Below, one piece after another: positions 1-8,727 of a stretch of 64,000 nucleotides of DNA. Position 1 is the stretch's first letter. Each line of letters starts with the position of its first letter. Under the pieces are notes generated by a model. That model was not told the DNA's origin and made no database searches. It worked only from the letters and a program-made list of their open reading frames with translations. The DNA is from Solirubrobacterales bacterium (GTDB taxonomy: Bacteria; Actinomycetota; Thermoleophilia; Solirubrobacterales; Solirubrobacteraceae): contig JBBRYA010000003.1 in NCBI GenBank assembly GCA_038238015.1, positions 14,462 through 78,461 on the forward strand, in the 5' to 3' direction. A program made the position numbers and the translations under genes.

Positions 1-451
1 CCGCGCCGAGGCGGTCGCCGCCGCCAAGGCGCACCCGCTGGCGCGCGCCCTGCGCCTGGACAAGCTCTCGATCGCCGCGCTCGAGGCGACGCTGCGCCTC
101 TACCGCGAGCCCGAGCGCGCGCGCCGCGAGATCCCCGTGCTGGCGATGCTCAGCGTGCCCGAGCCGGTGTTGCGCCAGCGCGCCGAGCGGCTGGCCGAGG
201 GGGTCGGCGAGGTCGTCACCGCGACGGCCAAGGTGGGAGGCGGGGCGCTCCCGCTGCTCGAGCTGCCGGGCCCGGTGGTCGCGGTCACCGCCTCAGAGCA
301 CTCGCCGGACACGCTCGCGGCCCGGCTGCGCGCGGGCGACCCGCCGCTGGTGGGGCGCATCGAGGGGGGCCGCCTGCTGCTGGACCCGCGCACGCTGGCC
401 GACGGCGAGGTCGAGCTCGCCGTCGCCGCGCTGCGCGCCGCCTTGACCTGA
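1..451 (+). CDS. selA: L-seryl-tRNA(Sec) selenium transferase, C-terminal part (5' end outside window)
   Basis: The frame is open from the window edge. The peptide ...HPLARALRLDKLSIAALEATLRLY...PPLVGRIEGGRLLLDPRTL... looks like the conserved SelA C-terminus. selB lies 0.9 kb downstream. Confidence 0.8.
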   Translation, partial: RAEAVAAAKAHPLARALRLDKLSIAALEATLRLYREPERARREIPVLAMLSVPEPVLRQRAERLAEGVGEVVTATAKVGGGALPLLELPGPVVAVTASEHSPDTLAARLRAGDPPLVGRIEGGRLLLDPRTLADGEVELAVAALRAALT

Positions 452-459
452 GCCGCCCG

Positions 460-1365
460 GTGCGGTGGGATCGGGTGGTGGCGAAGTACGACGCGTTCGG
501 CCGGAAGGTCGGGGAGGACACTCTCGCCGGCATCGGCGGTACGCCACAGCGAGGGAGCTCGGAGCCGGTCGCGCGCCAGGCACAGCCCACGCCGGGCGCC
601 GCGCCCGCCTCTGCGTCCGCACCCGACCCGGCCCGCCAGGCGCTCACCGCACGCCTCGAGGGGGCGCTCTCTCAGGTCGCCGCCGCGCAGGCGGCCACGC
701 AGCAGGCCACCACGCACTCGGCCGCCCAGAGGGCGATCCCGCTCGGGCGCACGCGCAAGCGGAGCTCCGGCTGCCTCATGGCCCTCGTGGTCCCCATCGT
801 CATCGCCGCCATCACGCTGGGCGGCGGCATCGCGCTCGTCAACAACAGCCACATGCACGCCGGCCACGTCACCATCGGGAGGGTGCCGCAGCAATCCGCA
901 CCGCCGACGGGCGCCAAGTCCCAGCGCGTGCCGCGCGGCCTCGAGCGCGGGTCGCTCGTGCGCGCGGCGAGTTTTTCCGCCGCGCTGAAGAAGCTGCAGC
1001 AGGCGAGCATCGGCCGCCTGACGGACCTGCGCCTGGCGCCCGAGCGCATCGACGCAACGCTGCTCACCCCCGGCGGGCGCCTGCAGTCGGTGCAGCTGAG
1101 CCCGGGCGGCGCGCTGGAGAAGTTCGGCGGCCCCTCGGGGCCGGGCTTCGACTCGAATCCGACCATCCCCTTCGCGCGGCTCAACCCGGCCGCGCCCGAG
1201 CGCCTCGCCCGGCGCGGCGCGGAGGAGCTGCGCGACCGCACGTCGCAGCTGCAGTACCTCGTCCCCACCTTCACCAGCGGCCAGCTGACCTGGGCCGCCT
1301 ACTTCCCGCACTCACGCTACGTGCTCGGGGACTCGGCGGGGCGCTTCCAGCGGCGCTACCCGTAG
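460..1365 (+). CDS. hypothetical single-pass membrane protein located between selA and selB
   Basis: This 301-aa ORF has strongly G/C-biased third codon positions. It has one hydrophobic helix ([22 protein letters not shown]) and no recognisable family motif. Gaps to selA and selB are 8-10 nt. Confidence 0.6.
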   Translation: MRWDRVVAKYDAFGRKVGEDTLAGIGGTPQRGSSEPVARQAQPTPGAAPASASAPDPARQALTARLEGALSQVAAAQAATQQATTHSAAQRAIPLGRTRKRSSGCLMALVVPIVIAAITLGGGIALVNNSHMHAGHVTIGRVPQQSAPPTGAKSQRVPRGLERGSLVRAASFSAALKKLQQASIGRLTDLRLAPERIDATLLTPGGRLQSVQLSPGGALEKFGGPSGPGFDSNPTIPFARLNPAAPERLARRGAEELRDRTSQLQYLVPTFTSGQLTWAAYFPHSRYVLGDSAGRFQRRYP

Positions 1366-1375
1366 CCTGCGGCCG

Positions 1376-2875
1376 GTGGCCGAACCGCCGCCGCTCACCC
1401 TCGGGACCGCCGGCCACATCGACCACGGCAAGACCGCGCTCGTCCGCGCGCTCACCGGCGTGGACACCGATCGCCTGCCCGAGGAGCGCGAGCGCGGGAT
1501 CTCGATCGAGCTCGGCTACGCGGCGCTGGCGCTGCCCTCGGGCCGCCGGCTGTCGCTGATCGACGTTCCCGGCCACGAGCGCTTCGTGCGCACGATGGTC
1601 GCGGGCGCCACCGGCGTCGACCTGTTCCTGATGGTGATCGCCGCCGACGACGGCGTGATGCCCCAGACGCTCGAGCACGCCGCCGTCCTGGCCGCGCTCG
1701 GCGTCGACATCGGAGTCGTCGCGATCACCAAGGCCGATCTCGCCGACCCCGCGCCCGCTGCCGAGCAGGCGCGCGAGCTGCTGCCCGCCGCGGAGGTGGT
1801 CGCGGTGAGCGCCCGCACCGGCGAGGGCATCGACGCGCTGCGGGCCGCGCTGGAGCGCGCCGCGGACCGTGCGCCCGAGCGCGCCGCGGGCGCCGGCGCT
1901 CCGCTGCGCCTGCACGTCGACCGCGCGTTCTCGATCCGCGGCGCCGGCACCGTGGTGACCGGCACGCTGTGGTCGGGCACGGCCGAGGCCGGCGCCCAGG
2001 TCACCGTCCTGCCGGAGGGGCGGCGCGCGCGCGTGCGCGCGGTCCAGGTCCACGACGATCCCGTCGCGAGCGCCGCCGCCGGCCAGCGCGTCGCGCTCAA
2101 CCTCGCCGGCCTGGCGGCGGACGAGGTCCGCCGCGGCGACGTCGTCGTCTCCGGTGAGGACGCCGGCGCGGCGAGCTTCCGCGTCGACGCTGCGATGACC
2201 TGGGTGCAGCGCCCGGAGCCGGGCGCGCGCGTCGCGGTCCACCACGGCACGCGCGAGGTCCCGGCGCGGCTCGTCGAGCTCGGCGGGCGCTTCGCCCAGC
2301 TGCGCCTCGAGCAGCCGCTCGTTCCCGCGGGCGGCGACCGCCTGGTCATCCGCTCGCTCGCCCCGCCGGGCACGCTCGGCGGGGGCGTCGTGCTCGATCC
2401 GGCGCCTTCCCGCCACGGTCCGTCGCGCGACCTGCTCGCGCGTCTGGCCCGGCTCGAAAGGGGAGAGAGCGAACCAGAGCCCGCTGCGGCCCCACAGGCA
2501 GACCCCGCCCCCGCCGCGCCGGCGCCGCTCGCCCCTTCGGCGCTGGAGCTGGAAGAGCGCCTGCGCGCCGCCGGCCACGAGCCCCCGCCCGACGCCGAGC
2601 TCGACGCGGGCGACCTCGCGGCCCTGCGCAAGCACGGCCGGATCGTCCGCCTCGGAGCCTCCGCGCACCTGCACGCCGACGCCCTCGCCGGCGTCCAGGC
2701 GCGGGTCATCGCGCTCGTGGAGCGCGACGGAGAGGTCACGATCGCCTCGCTGCGCGACGACCTGCAGACCTCCCGCCGCTACGCCCAGGCCCTGCTCGAG
2801 CGCCTCGACGCGGAGCGCGTCACGCTGCGGGTCGGGGAGGCCCGGCGCCTGCGCTCCCGCCCAAACCGCCGCTAA
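1376..2875 (+). CDS. selB: selenocysteine-specific translation elongation factor SelB
   Basis: GTPase motifs [16 protein letters not shown] and ITKAD are present, followed by EF-Tu-like domains and a long C-terminal extension typical of SelB. Confidence 0.9.
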   Translation: MAEPPPLTLGTAGHIDHGKTALVRALTGVDTDRLPEERERGISIELGYAALALPSGRRLSLIDVPGHERFVRTMVAGATGVDLFLMVIAADDGVMPQTLEHAAVLAALGVDIGVVAITKADLADPAPAAEQARELLPAAEVVAVSARTGEGIDALRAALERAADRAPERAAGAGAPLRLHVDRAFSIRGAGTVVTGTLWSGTAEAGAQVTVLPEGRRARVRAVQVHDDPVASAAAGQRVALNLAGLAADEVRRGDVVVSGEDAGAASFRVDAAMTWVQRPEPGARVAVHHGTREVPARLVELGGRFAQLRLEQPLVPAGGDRLVIRSLAPPGTLGGGVVLDPAPSRHGPSRDLLARLARLERGESEPEPAAAPQADPAPAAPAPLAPSALELEERLRAAGHEPPPDAELDAGDLAALRKHGRIVRLGASAHLHADALAGVQARVIALVERDGEVTIASLRDDLQTSRRYAQALLERLDAERVTLRVGEARRLRSRPNRR

Positions 2876-2887
2876 GCTTCACAACTC

Positions 2888-5296
2888 ATGCCCACCTCAT
2901 TGGTAACGGGTGGAGCGGGATTCCTCGGGTCGCATCTCTGCGACGAGTTGCTGCGGCGCGGCCACCGCGTCGTCTGCGTCGACAACTTCGAGACCGGCTC
3001 CCTCGCCAACATCGAGCACATCCGCGCGCCGGAGTTCGTCCACCTCCACAAGGACATCATCCACCCGTTCTTCGTCGATGAGCCGGTGAACTTCGTCTAC
3101 CACTTCGCCTCTCCCGCGTCGCCGATCGACTACCTGCGTCTGCCGCTGCACACGCTCAAGGTCGGCTCCTACGGCACCCACAACGCGCTCGGGCTGGCAA
3201 AGCAGCACCGCGCCCGCTTCCTCACCGCCTCGACCTCGGAGGTCTACGGCGACCCGCAGGTGCACCCGCAGCCCGAGTCCTACTGGGGCCACGTGAACCC
3301 GATCGGCCCGCGCGGCGTCTACGACGAGGCCAAGCGCTACGCCGAGGCCCTGGTCATGGCGTATCACCGCCAGCAGGGGCTGGACACGGGGATCGTGCGG
3401 ATCTTCAACTCGATCCTCGCCGACGAGCAGGTGCTCTACGACGACGGTCGCGAGCTGCGTCGCGAGAAGGTCTCAGAGCTTGCCGGGCGCCTGGCCGCCC
3501 GGGCAGTGGCCGCCAGCTACGTGCCCAGCAACGCTGCAGGGACACAGTTGATGGACGCGGCTGTCGAAGCGTCCGAATATCCGCTCGAGGGGGTCACCGT
3601 TCCCGCCTTCGGCGAGGGCGGTCACATGGTGGCGGCGCCCGCCTCAGCGCTGATCGCGCACCCCACCGAGGAGCGCTGCTTCGAGGTGAGCACGCGCTAC
3701 GGCCGGTCGATCCGCGTGACCGGTCACCACTCGATCTTCGTCGAGGGCGCCGACGGCGAGCCGGTCGCCAAGCCGGTTGAGGACCTCGAGGTCGGCGATC
3801 ACGTCGCGATCCCGCGGCGGATCGAGGTCCCTGAGCGCGACCGCACGGTAGTGAGCATGATCGAGGTCTGGCGCTGGGCGGAGGAGGACCCGTGGGACCT
3901 CTGCGCCGAAGCCCCGGGACTGGGGGAGCTGGCGTGGCAGCGGCGCTACGACCTGTTCGGGCTGCTGGCCTCGCAGCGCCGCAACAACGGTCCGAACTGG
4001 CGCAACGGGGCGTGGACGAAGATCATCCGCATGCGTCAGACCGGGCGCGTGCCCCTGCCGGCGCTCTGGCGCATCGGCGAACCGCTCCCCGACGACGCCT
4101 GGGTGCGCAGGCGCGGCACCGGACGCAGCGTGCCGATGCCGGCGCGCATCCACCTGAGCGACAAGCTGCTCTGGCTGCTCGGCCTCTGGGTCGCCGAGGG
4201 CTCGTGGCACGAGAGCTCGCACGATTCGTACATCACGCTGAGCGCCGAGGAGCCGCTGCTGTGGCGCGCGGCCGACGTCATTCGCGAGGAACTGGGCCTC
4301 CACTGCGTGTTCGCTCCGGCGAGCGGGGCACGCTCGGCGTCGCTCTTCGTGCACTCGAAGCTGCTGCTGAAGCTGATGGCCTTCCTCGGCTTCGAAGAGG
4401 GCGGCAAGCGGATTCCCGGCTGGATCCTCGGGCTGCCGCTCAGCCGCCTGAAGTGGTTCATCGAGGGCTACCGCGAGGGCGACGGCGTGCATTCCGGCGC
4501 GTGGTTCAGGGAGGGCAAGAAGCACCACTTCGCGACGGTCCACGAGGAGCTCAAAGACGACCTCGTCGTCGCGCTGGCCCGCTTCGGGCTCGTGGCCTCC
4601 ATAGGCCGCTACAGCTCCAAGATCCGCCGCAAGACCGGGGATCGGGGCTATCCCTTCTGGAGGGTGTCGGTCTCGAGCCTCTCCCCGTGGAGCCCGCTGG
4701 AGTGGGACGCGGGCGTCGAGCAGCGGCTCAATGCGCGAACGACCGGCGATCTCGCCTGGGCAATGATCACCGGCATCCAGGAGATTCCCGCAACGAACCT
4801 CGTCTACGACTTCTCCGTCCCAGGGTACGAGAACTTTGTGGCGGGAGCTTGTGTCAATTGTCATAATACCTACGGCCCGAGGATGCGCCCGCATGACGGC
4901 CGCGCGATCCCGACCTTCATGCGCCAGGCGCTCCAGGACCGGCCGATCACGATCTTCGGCGACGGCTCCCAGACGCGCTCCTTCTGCTTCGTCAGCGATC
5001 TGATCGACGGGATCATCGGGCTCGCCGAGTCCGGCCACCATCATCCGGTGAACATCGGCAACCCCAACGAGTTCACGCTGCTCGAACTGGCCGACGCCGT
5101 CATAGAGGTCACCGGCTCGCGCTCGGAGGTCGTGCACGAGGCGCTGCCGACCGATGATCCCCAGGTACGCCAGCCCGACATCTCGCTCGCCCGCGAGATC
5201 CTGGGCTGGGAGCCGAAGGTCGAGCTTCGCGAAGGCCTGCAGACGACGCTCGAGCTCTCCGGAGTCGAGGCGCTCACTGGTGCCGGCCTGCGCTGA
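2888..5296 (+). CDS. UDP-glucuronate decarboxylase (UDP-xylose synthase-type extended SDR) interrupted by an intein
   Basis: Host motifs are [10 protein letters not shown] (Rossmann), STSEVYG and YDEAKR (catalytic YxxxK). The conserved ...VRIFN / TYGPRM... motif is split by a 486-aa insert. The joined exteins total 316 aa, the normal size for this family. Confidence 0.9.
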   Translation: MPTSLVTGGAGFLGSHLCDELLRRGHRVVCVDNFETGSLANIEHIRAPEFVHLHKDIIHPFFVDEPVNFVYHFASPASPIDYLRLPLHTLKVGSYGTHNALGLAKQHRARFLTASTSEVYGDPQVHPQPESYWGHVNPIGPRGVYDEAKRYAEALVMAYHRQQGLDTGIVRIFNSILADEQVLYDDGRELRREKVSELAGRLAARAVAASYVPSNAAGTQLMDAAVEASEYPLEGVTVPAFGEGGHMVAAPASALIAHPTEERCFEVSTRYGRSIRVTGHHSIFVEGADGEPVAKPVEDLEVGDHVAIPRRIEVPERDRTVVSMIEVWRWAEEDPWDLCAEAPGLGELAWQRRYDLFGLLASQRRNNGPNWRNGAWTKIIRMRQTGRVPLPALWRIGEPLPDDAWVRRRGTGRSVPMPARIHLSDKLLWLLGLWVAEGSWHESSHDSYITLSAEEPLLWRAADVIREELGLHCVFAPASGARSASLFVHSKLLLKLMAFLGFEEGGKRIPGWILGLPLSRLKWFIEGYREGDGVHSGAWFREGKKHHFATVHEELKDDLVVALARFGLVASIGRYSSKIRRKTGDRGYPFWRVSVSSLSPWSPLEWDAGVEQRLNARTTGDLAWAMITGIQEIPATNLVYDFSVPGYENFVAGACVNCHNTYGPRMRPHDGRAIPTFMRQALQDRPITIFGDGSQTRSFCFVSDLIDGIIGLAESGHHHPVNIGNPNEFTLLELADAVIEVTGSRSEVVHEALPTDDPQVRQPDISLAREILGWEPKVELREGLQTTLELSGVEALTGAGLR
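3410..4867 (+). mobile_element. intein (486 aa) with LAGLIDADG homing-endonuclease domain, inside the UXS gene
   Basis: It starts Ser-Ile-Leu-Ala-Asp directly after extein ...IFN. Block B is [11 protein letters not shown]. The two LAGLIDADG motifs are [10 protein letters not shown] and [10 protein letters not shown]. The C-terminal [15 protein letters not shown]...VNCHN is followed by +1 Thr of TYGPRM. Confidence 0.85.
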
Positions 5297-5309
5297 GGGC
5301 AGGAAACCC

Positions 5310-5331
5310 CGCGACCATTGAGAAGGTCGCG
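5310..5331 (+). terminator. weak stem-loop downstream of the UXS gene
   Basis: CGCGACC-attgagaa-GGTCGCG forms a 7-bp stem. There is no T-tract, so function is uncertain. Confidence 0.25.
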
Positions 5332-5343
5332 CGTTAGGGCTGA

Positions 5344-6903
5344 GTGAGAGCAACTGTGGCCAAAACGCCGATCCAGACCGAACATCCCACACCGCCGGCC
5401 CGGCCCCCTCTCGGGCAGGTTCCCCTGCCCACGCCGCTGCTGGGCACCAACGGGGCGGTCGACGTCCGGCGCAAGCGCCCGCCCGGCCTGTCGTTCCTCC
5501 TGCGCGCCGAGACGCTGCGCCAGGTGCTGCGGGTGCTCAGCCTGCTGGCGCTGGACTTCGCGGGCCTATTCGCCGCACTCTGGACCGCGCTCATGCTCAA
5601 GGCGGTCCTGCTCGCCGACACCTGGGCGTGGAGCACGTCCTTCCAGGAGGCCAAGAACACCGTGGCCTTCGCCTACCTGGTGACCGCGCTGCTGTTCGCC
5701 CGCTCGAGCCTCTACGCCGAGCGCGCCCAGCGGCCCGGCCTGCCGAAGATCGTCAGCTCGCTCTTCCAGGTCACGGTCGTCGCGCTGATCTTCGCCGTGG
5801 TCAACGGCGAGCACTACTCCAGCTACTACATCTTCTACGGGACGCTGGTGTTCGCGGTCGTCTACGTCGGCTCGATCCGCTGGGCCTACGAGAAGATCAC
5901 CGGAATGCTGCTGCGCGCCGCCGGCTACCAGCGCCGCGCGGTGCTGGTCGGCTCCGGCCGGCACATCGAGGACGTCGCGCACGCGCTCACCGACGAGGTG
6001 CACGCGCCGGTTGAGATGGTCGGCTTCATCTCGCTGACCCCGCGCCCGGACAACGGCCTGCGCTCGCTCGGGCTGATCGGCGACCTCCCGCAGGTGCTCG
6101 ATCGCCACCGCGTGCAGGAGGTCATCATCGCCGACCCGGACTTCCCGCAGGAGCAGGCGGTCGAGCTCGTGGACCAGTGCCATCAGCGCGGCGTATCGGT
6201 GCGCATCGCGCCCTCGACGATGGAGATCCTCGTGCACCGCGCGGAGTTCGTGCCCGGCACCTCGGTCCCGCTCTTCGAGCTTCGCCCGCCGGTCTTCGAC
6301 GGCTTCGACTACGTGATCAAGCGCTCGTTCGACTTCGTCGGGTCGGTGCTGCTGATCCTGCTGCTGAGCCCCCTGCTGCTCGTCATCGCGGCCTCGGTCT
6401 TCCTCTCCTCCCGCGGGCCGGTGCTCTACCGGTCGATGCGCCCCGGCGTCGGCGGCGAGCTTTTCGCCTGCTTCAAGTTCCGCACGATGCGCTCTGACGC
6501 CGACCAGCTGCAGGCCGACATCGAGTCGCTCAACGAGGCCTCGGGGCCGCTGTTCAAGATCCGCCACGACCCGCGCATGACCCCCGTCGGGCGCTTCCTG
6601 CGGCGCTACTCGCTCGACGAGCTGCCCCAGCTGCTCAACGTCGTCTTCGGCCAGATGTCGCTGGTCGGCCCGCGGCCGCTGCCCCAGCGCGACTATGACC
6701 AGCTCGAGGACTGGCACAAGAAGCGCTATCTCGTGCTGCCGGGGATCACCGGCCTGTGGCAGGTCTCGGGGCGCTCGGAGCTTGACTTCGACGACCTCGT
6801 GCGCCTGGACTTCCTCTACCTCGAGCGCTGGTCGGTCAGCCTCGACCTGACCATCCTGGTCAAGACCGTTCCGGCCGTGCTGTCGCGGCGCGGCGCGTTC
6901 TAG
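5344..6903 (+). CDS. large (WbaP/EpsB-type) polyprenyl-phosphate sugar phosphotransferase, priming enzyme
   Basis: N-terminal TM helices and a central Rossmann-like region are followed by the C-terminal bacterial sugar transferase signature FKFRTM...PLFKIRHDPRMTPVGRFLRRYSLDELPQLLNV...SLVGPRP...PGITGLWQVSGR. The start codon is uncertain. Confidence 0.9.
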   Translation: MRATVAKTPIQTEHPTPPARPPLGQVPLPTPLLGTNGAVDVRRKRPPGLSFLLRAETLRQVLRVLSLLALDFAGLFAALWTALMLKAVLLADTWAWSTSFQEAKNTVAFAYLVTALLFARSSLYAERAQRPGLPKIVSSLFQVTVVALIFAVVNGEHYSSYYIFYGTLVFAVVYVGSIRWAYEKITGMLLRAAGYQRRAVLVGSGRHIEDVAHALTDEVHAPVEMVGFISLTPRPDNGLRSLGLIGDLPQVLDRHRVQEVIIADPDFPQEQAVELVDQCHQRGVSVRIAPSTMEILVHRAEFVPGTSVPLFELRPPVFDGFDYVIKRSFDFVGSVLLILLLSPLLLVIAASVFLSSRGPVLYRSMRPGVGGELFACFKFRTMRSDADQLQADIESLNEASGPLFKIRHDPRMTPVGRFLRRYSLDELPQLLNVVFGQMSLVGPRPLPQRDYDQLEDWHKKRYLVLPGITGLWQVSGRSELDFDDLVRLDFLYLERWSVSLDLTILVKTVPAVLSRRGAF

Positions 6904-6927
6904 CCCTGAGGCGTTAGCCTTCGGCGC

Positions 6928-7098
6928 ATGCTCATCCTCGCGCTCAGCGACGCGGCGAAGACCACGATCTCCGCGGTGATCATCTGGTTCGTCGCCTTCC
7001 CGGCCCTGATCGGGATCCTGATCGCCGTCTCGGCGTTCCGCGCCCACGGCGAGAAGATGGAGGACGAGGAGTACTTCCGGCAGCACCGCCGCCGCTAG
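6928..7098 (+). CDS. possible 56-aa small membrane protein
   Basis: ATG...TAG ORF read directly from the DNA (MLILALSDAAKTTISAVIIWFVAFPALIGILIAVSAF...). It has one hydrophobic helix, is below the ORF-track size cutoff, and has no homology evidence. Confidence 0.3.
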   Translation: MLILALSDAAKTTISAVIIWFVAFPALIGILIAVSAFRAHGEKMEDEEYFRQHRRR

Positions 7099-7105
7099 GC
7101 CTGAG

Positions 7106-8065
7106 TCACCGGGCCTGCAGCGCGCGCTCGTAGACCGCCCACGTGGCGGTCGCGGCCTCGCCCCACGTCCACGGCGGGGGGTCGGGCGCGGGCCGCGTAG
7201 CCCGCGCGGCCGCGTGCACGAGCGCGGCCATGTCACCCGACGCCACGTAGGTCGCGCGGTCGCCGACCACCTCGCGAAGGGCCGGAAGGTCACAGGCGAC
7301 CACCGGAGTCCCGCACGCGAGCGCCTCGACGGCCGGCAGGCCGAAGCCCTCGTCGGCGGACGGGACGACCAGCGCGCGAGCGCCGCTGTAGATGGCGGCG
7401 AGGTCGTCGTCGCCGACCATCCCGGTGAGCGTCACGTCGTGCAGCTCGCGCGCCCACTGCCCCGCGTCCCCGACCAGGACGAGCGGCAGCTCGCGCGGCA
7501 CCTCGGCCAGCGGGGCGACCCGCTTGGTCGGCTCGGGATGGCGCAGCGCGCCGACCCACAGGAGGTAGTCCTCGGGCAGCCCGTAGCGCTTGCGGACCGC
7601 GGCGGTCTCCGTCTCCGGGCGCGGCGTGAAGGCGGGAGCGGGCGCCTCGGCGATGACGTGCACGTGCTCGGGGTCGCAGCCGAGCAGCTCGATCGCGTCG
7701 GCCCCCACCACGTCGGTCGGCACGATCAGCTCCGCTGCGCGCTCGACCGCCAGCCAGCGCATCCGCGCCCGCAGGCCCGCGCGCAGGACCTGGCCGGGGC
7801 GCTTGAGCGCCACGAGGTCGTGGAGCGTGATGACCATCGGCAGGCGCGGGCGCAGCAGCGCGCCGTTGAGCCACGGCGAGTGAAACAGGCTGTCGCCGCG
7901 CTGGGGCTCGCGGCCCTCGAGCACTTCGGCGCCCCGGCGCGCGGCCTCCTCGCGCAGGGCGTCGAGCAGGCAGCGCGCGTAGCGGCCGATCCCGTCGGGC
8001 TCGGCCGCCGGGCGAGAGTCGTAGCGCACGCGCAGCCCCCCGTCGCCTGGCCCGCGGTTCGGCAC
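7106..8065 (-). CDS. glycosyltransferase family 4 (GT-B)
   Basis: N-terminal GIGRY motif and C-terminal VPSADEGFGLPAVEALACGTPVV (the E-x7-E region of GT4). Confidence 0.85.
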   Translation of the reverse strand: MPNRGPGDGGLRVRYDSRPAAEPDGIGRYARCLLDALREEAARRGAEVLEGREPQRGDSLFHSPWLNGALLRPRLPMVITLHDLVALKRPGQVLRAGLRARMRWLAVERAAELIVPTDVVGADAIELLGCDPEHVHVIAEAPAPAFTPRPETETAAVRKRYGLPEDYLLWVGALRHPEPTKRVAPLAEVPRELPLVLVGDAGQWARELHDVTLTGMVGDDDLAAIYSGARALVVPSADEGFGLPAVEALACGTPVVACDLPALREVVGDRATYVASGDMAALVHAAARATRPAPDPPPWTWGEAATATWAVYERALQAR

Positions 8066-8109
8066 CGACGGACCATACCCCTCGCCCGGCGCGCACTAGC
8101 CTCGCGCGT

Positions 8110-8727
8110 GTGAAGGACTACTACGAGGACGTCTGGGCGCAGCTCCCCGAGGATCCCGAGCCGTGGGCGTTCGCGCGCCGCCGCGCGCTCCTGCTCGGCG
8201 AGGCGCGGCCGGGCGAGCGGGTGCTCGACCTCGGCTGCGGGGCCGGGCGCTTCCTCGCAGCACTGCGCGACGCCGGCGCGGACCCGGTGGGCGTCGAGCT
8301 CGCCGAGGGTGCGCTCGAGCGGGCCCGGCGCAACGTCCCGGGCGCCGACCTGCGCCCGCTCGGCCCGGGCGGCGAGCTGCCGCTCGAGGACGCCTCCGTC
8401 GATCTCGTGTGGTCCTCGGAGGTGCTCGAGCACGTGCCCGACACCGCGCGCACGCTGTCTGAGGCCCGCCGCGTGCTGCGCACCGGAGGGCGCCTGCTGG
8501 TGACCACGCCGGCGCACGGGCCGCTGCGGCGGACGCTGATCGCGCTCGCGCGCTTCGACTCCCACTTCGACCCGCTCGGCCAGCACGTCCGCTTCTACTC
8601 GCGCGCCTCGCTGGAGCGTGTGCTGGGTGCGTTCGCCTTCGAGCCGGTGCAGGTCAGCGCCGAGGGCGGGCCGCCGGGCCTGCGGGCGATGCTGGTGGCG
8701 CGAGCGGTGAAGGCGAAGCTGGTCTAG
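8110..8727 (+). CDS. class I SAM-dependent methyltransferase
   Basis: Motif I VLDLGCGAGRF and post-I/II motifs DLVWSSEVLEHVPD and LRTGGRLLVT. GTG start. Confidence 0.85.
   Translation: MKDYYEDVWAQLPEDPEPWAFARRRALLLGEARPGERVLDLGCGAGRFLAALRDAGADPVGVELAEGALERARRNVPGADLRPLGPGGELPLEDASVDLVWSSEVLEHVPDTARTLSEARRVLRTGGRLLVTTPAHGPLRRTLIALARFDSHFDPLGQHVRFYSRASLERVLGAFAFEPVQVSAEGGPPGLRAMLVARAVKAKLV

Noticed and set aside
100-1311. 403-aa minus-strand ORF, and other long ORFs antisense to or out of frame with the called genes. Examples are 1271..2674(-), 3644..5392(-), 5566..7293(-), 19727..21190(-), 41957..43021(-), 46281..47747(-), 54412..55812(-), 57339..58715(-) and 59355..60320(-).
   Set aside because: Long stop-free frames are expected in very GC-rich DNA. 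Their translations are Arg/Ala/Gly/Pro-rich low complexity with no family motifs. The overlapping frame has clear motifs and G/C-biased third positions.
1376-2875. A selenoprotein gene (in-frame TGA plus SECIS) near selA/selB.
   Set aside because: No ORF pair in the window looks like a known selenoprotein split by TGA. All ORFs adjacent to sel genes are complete.
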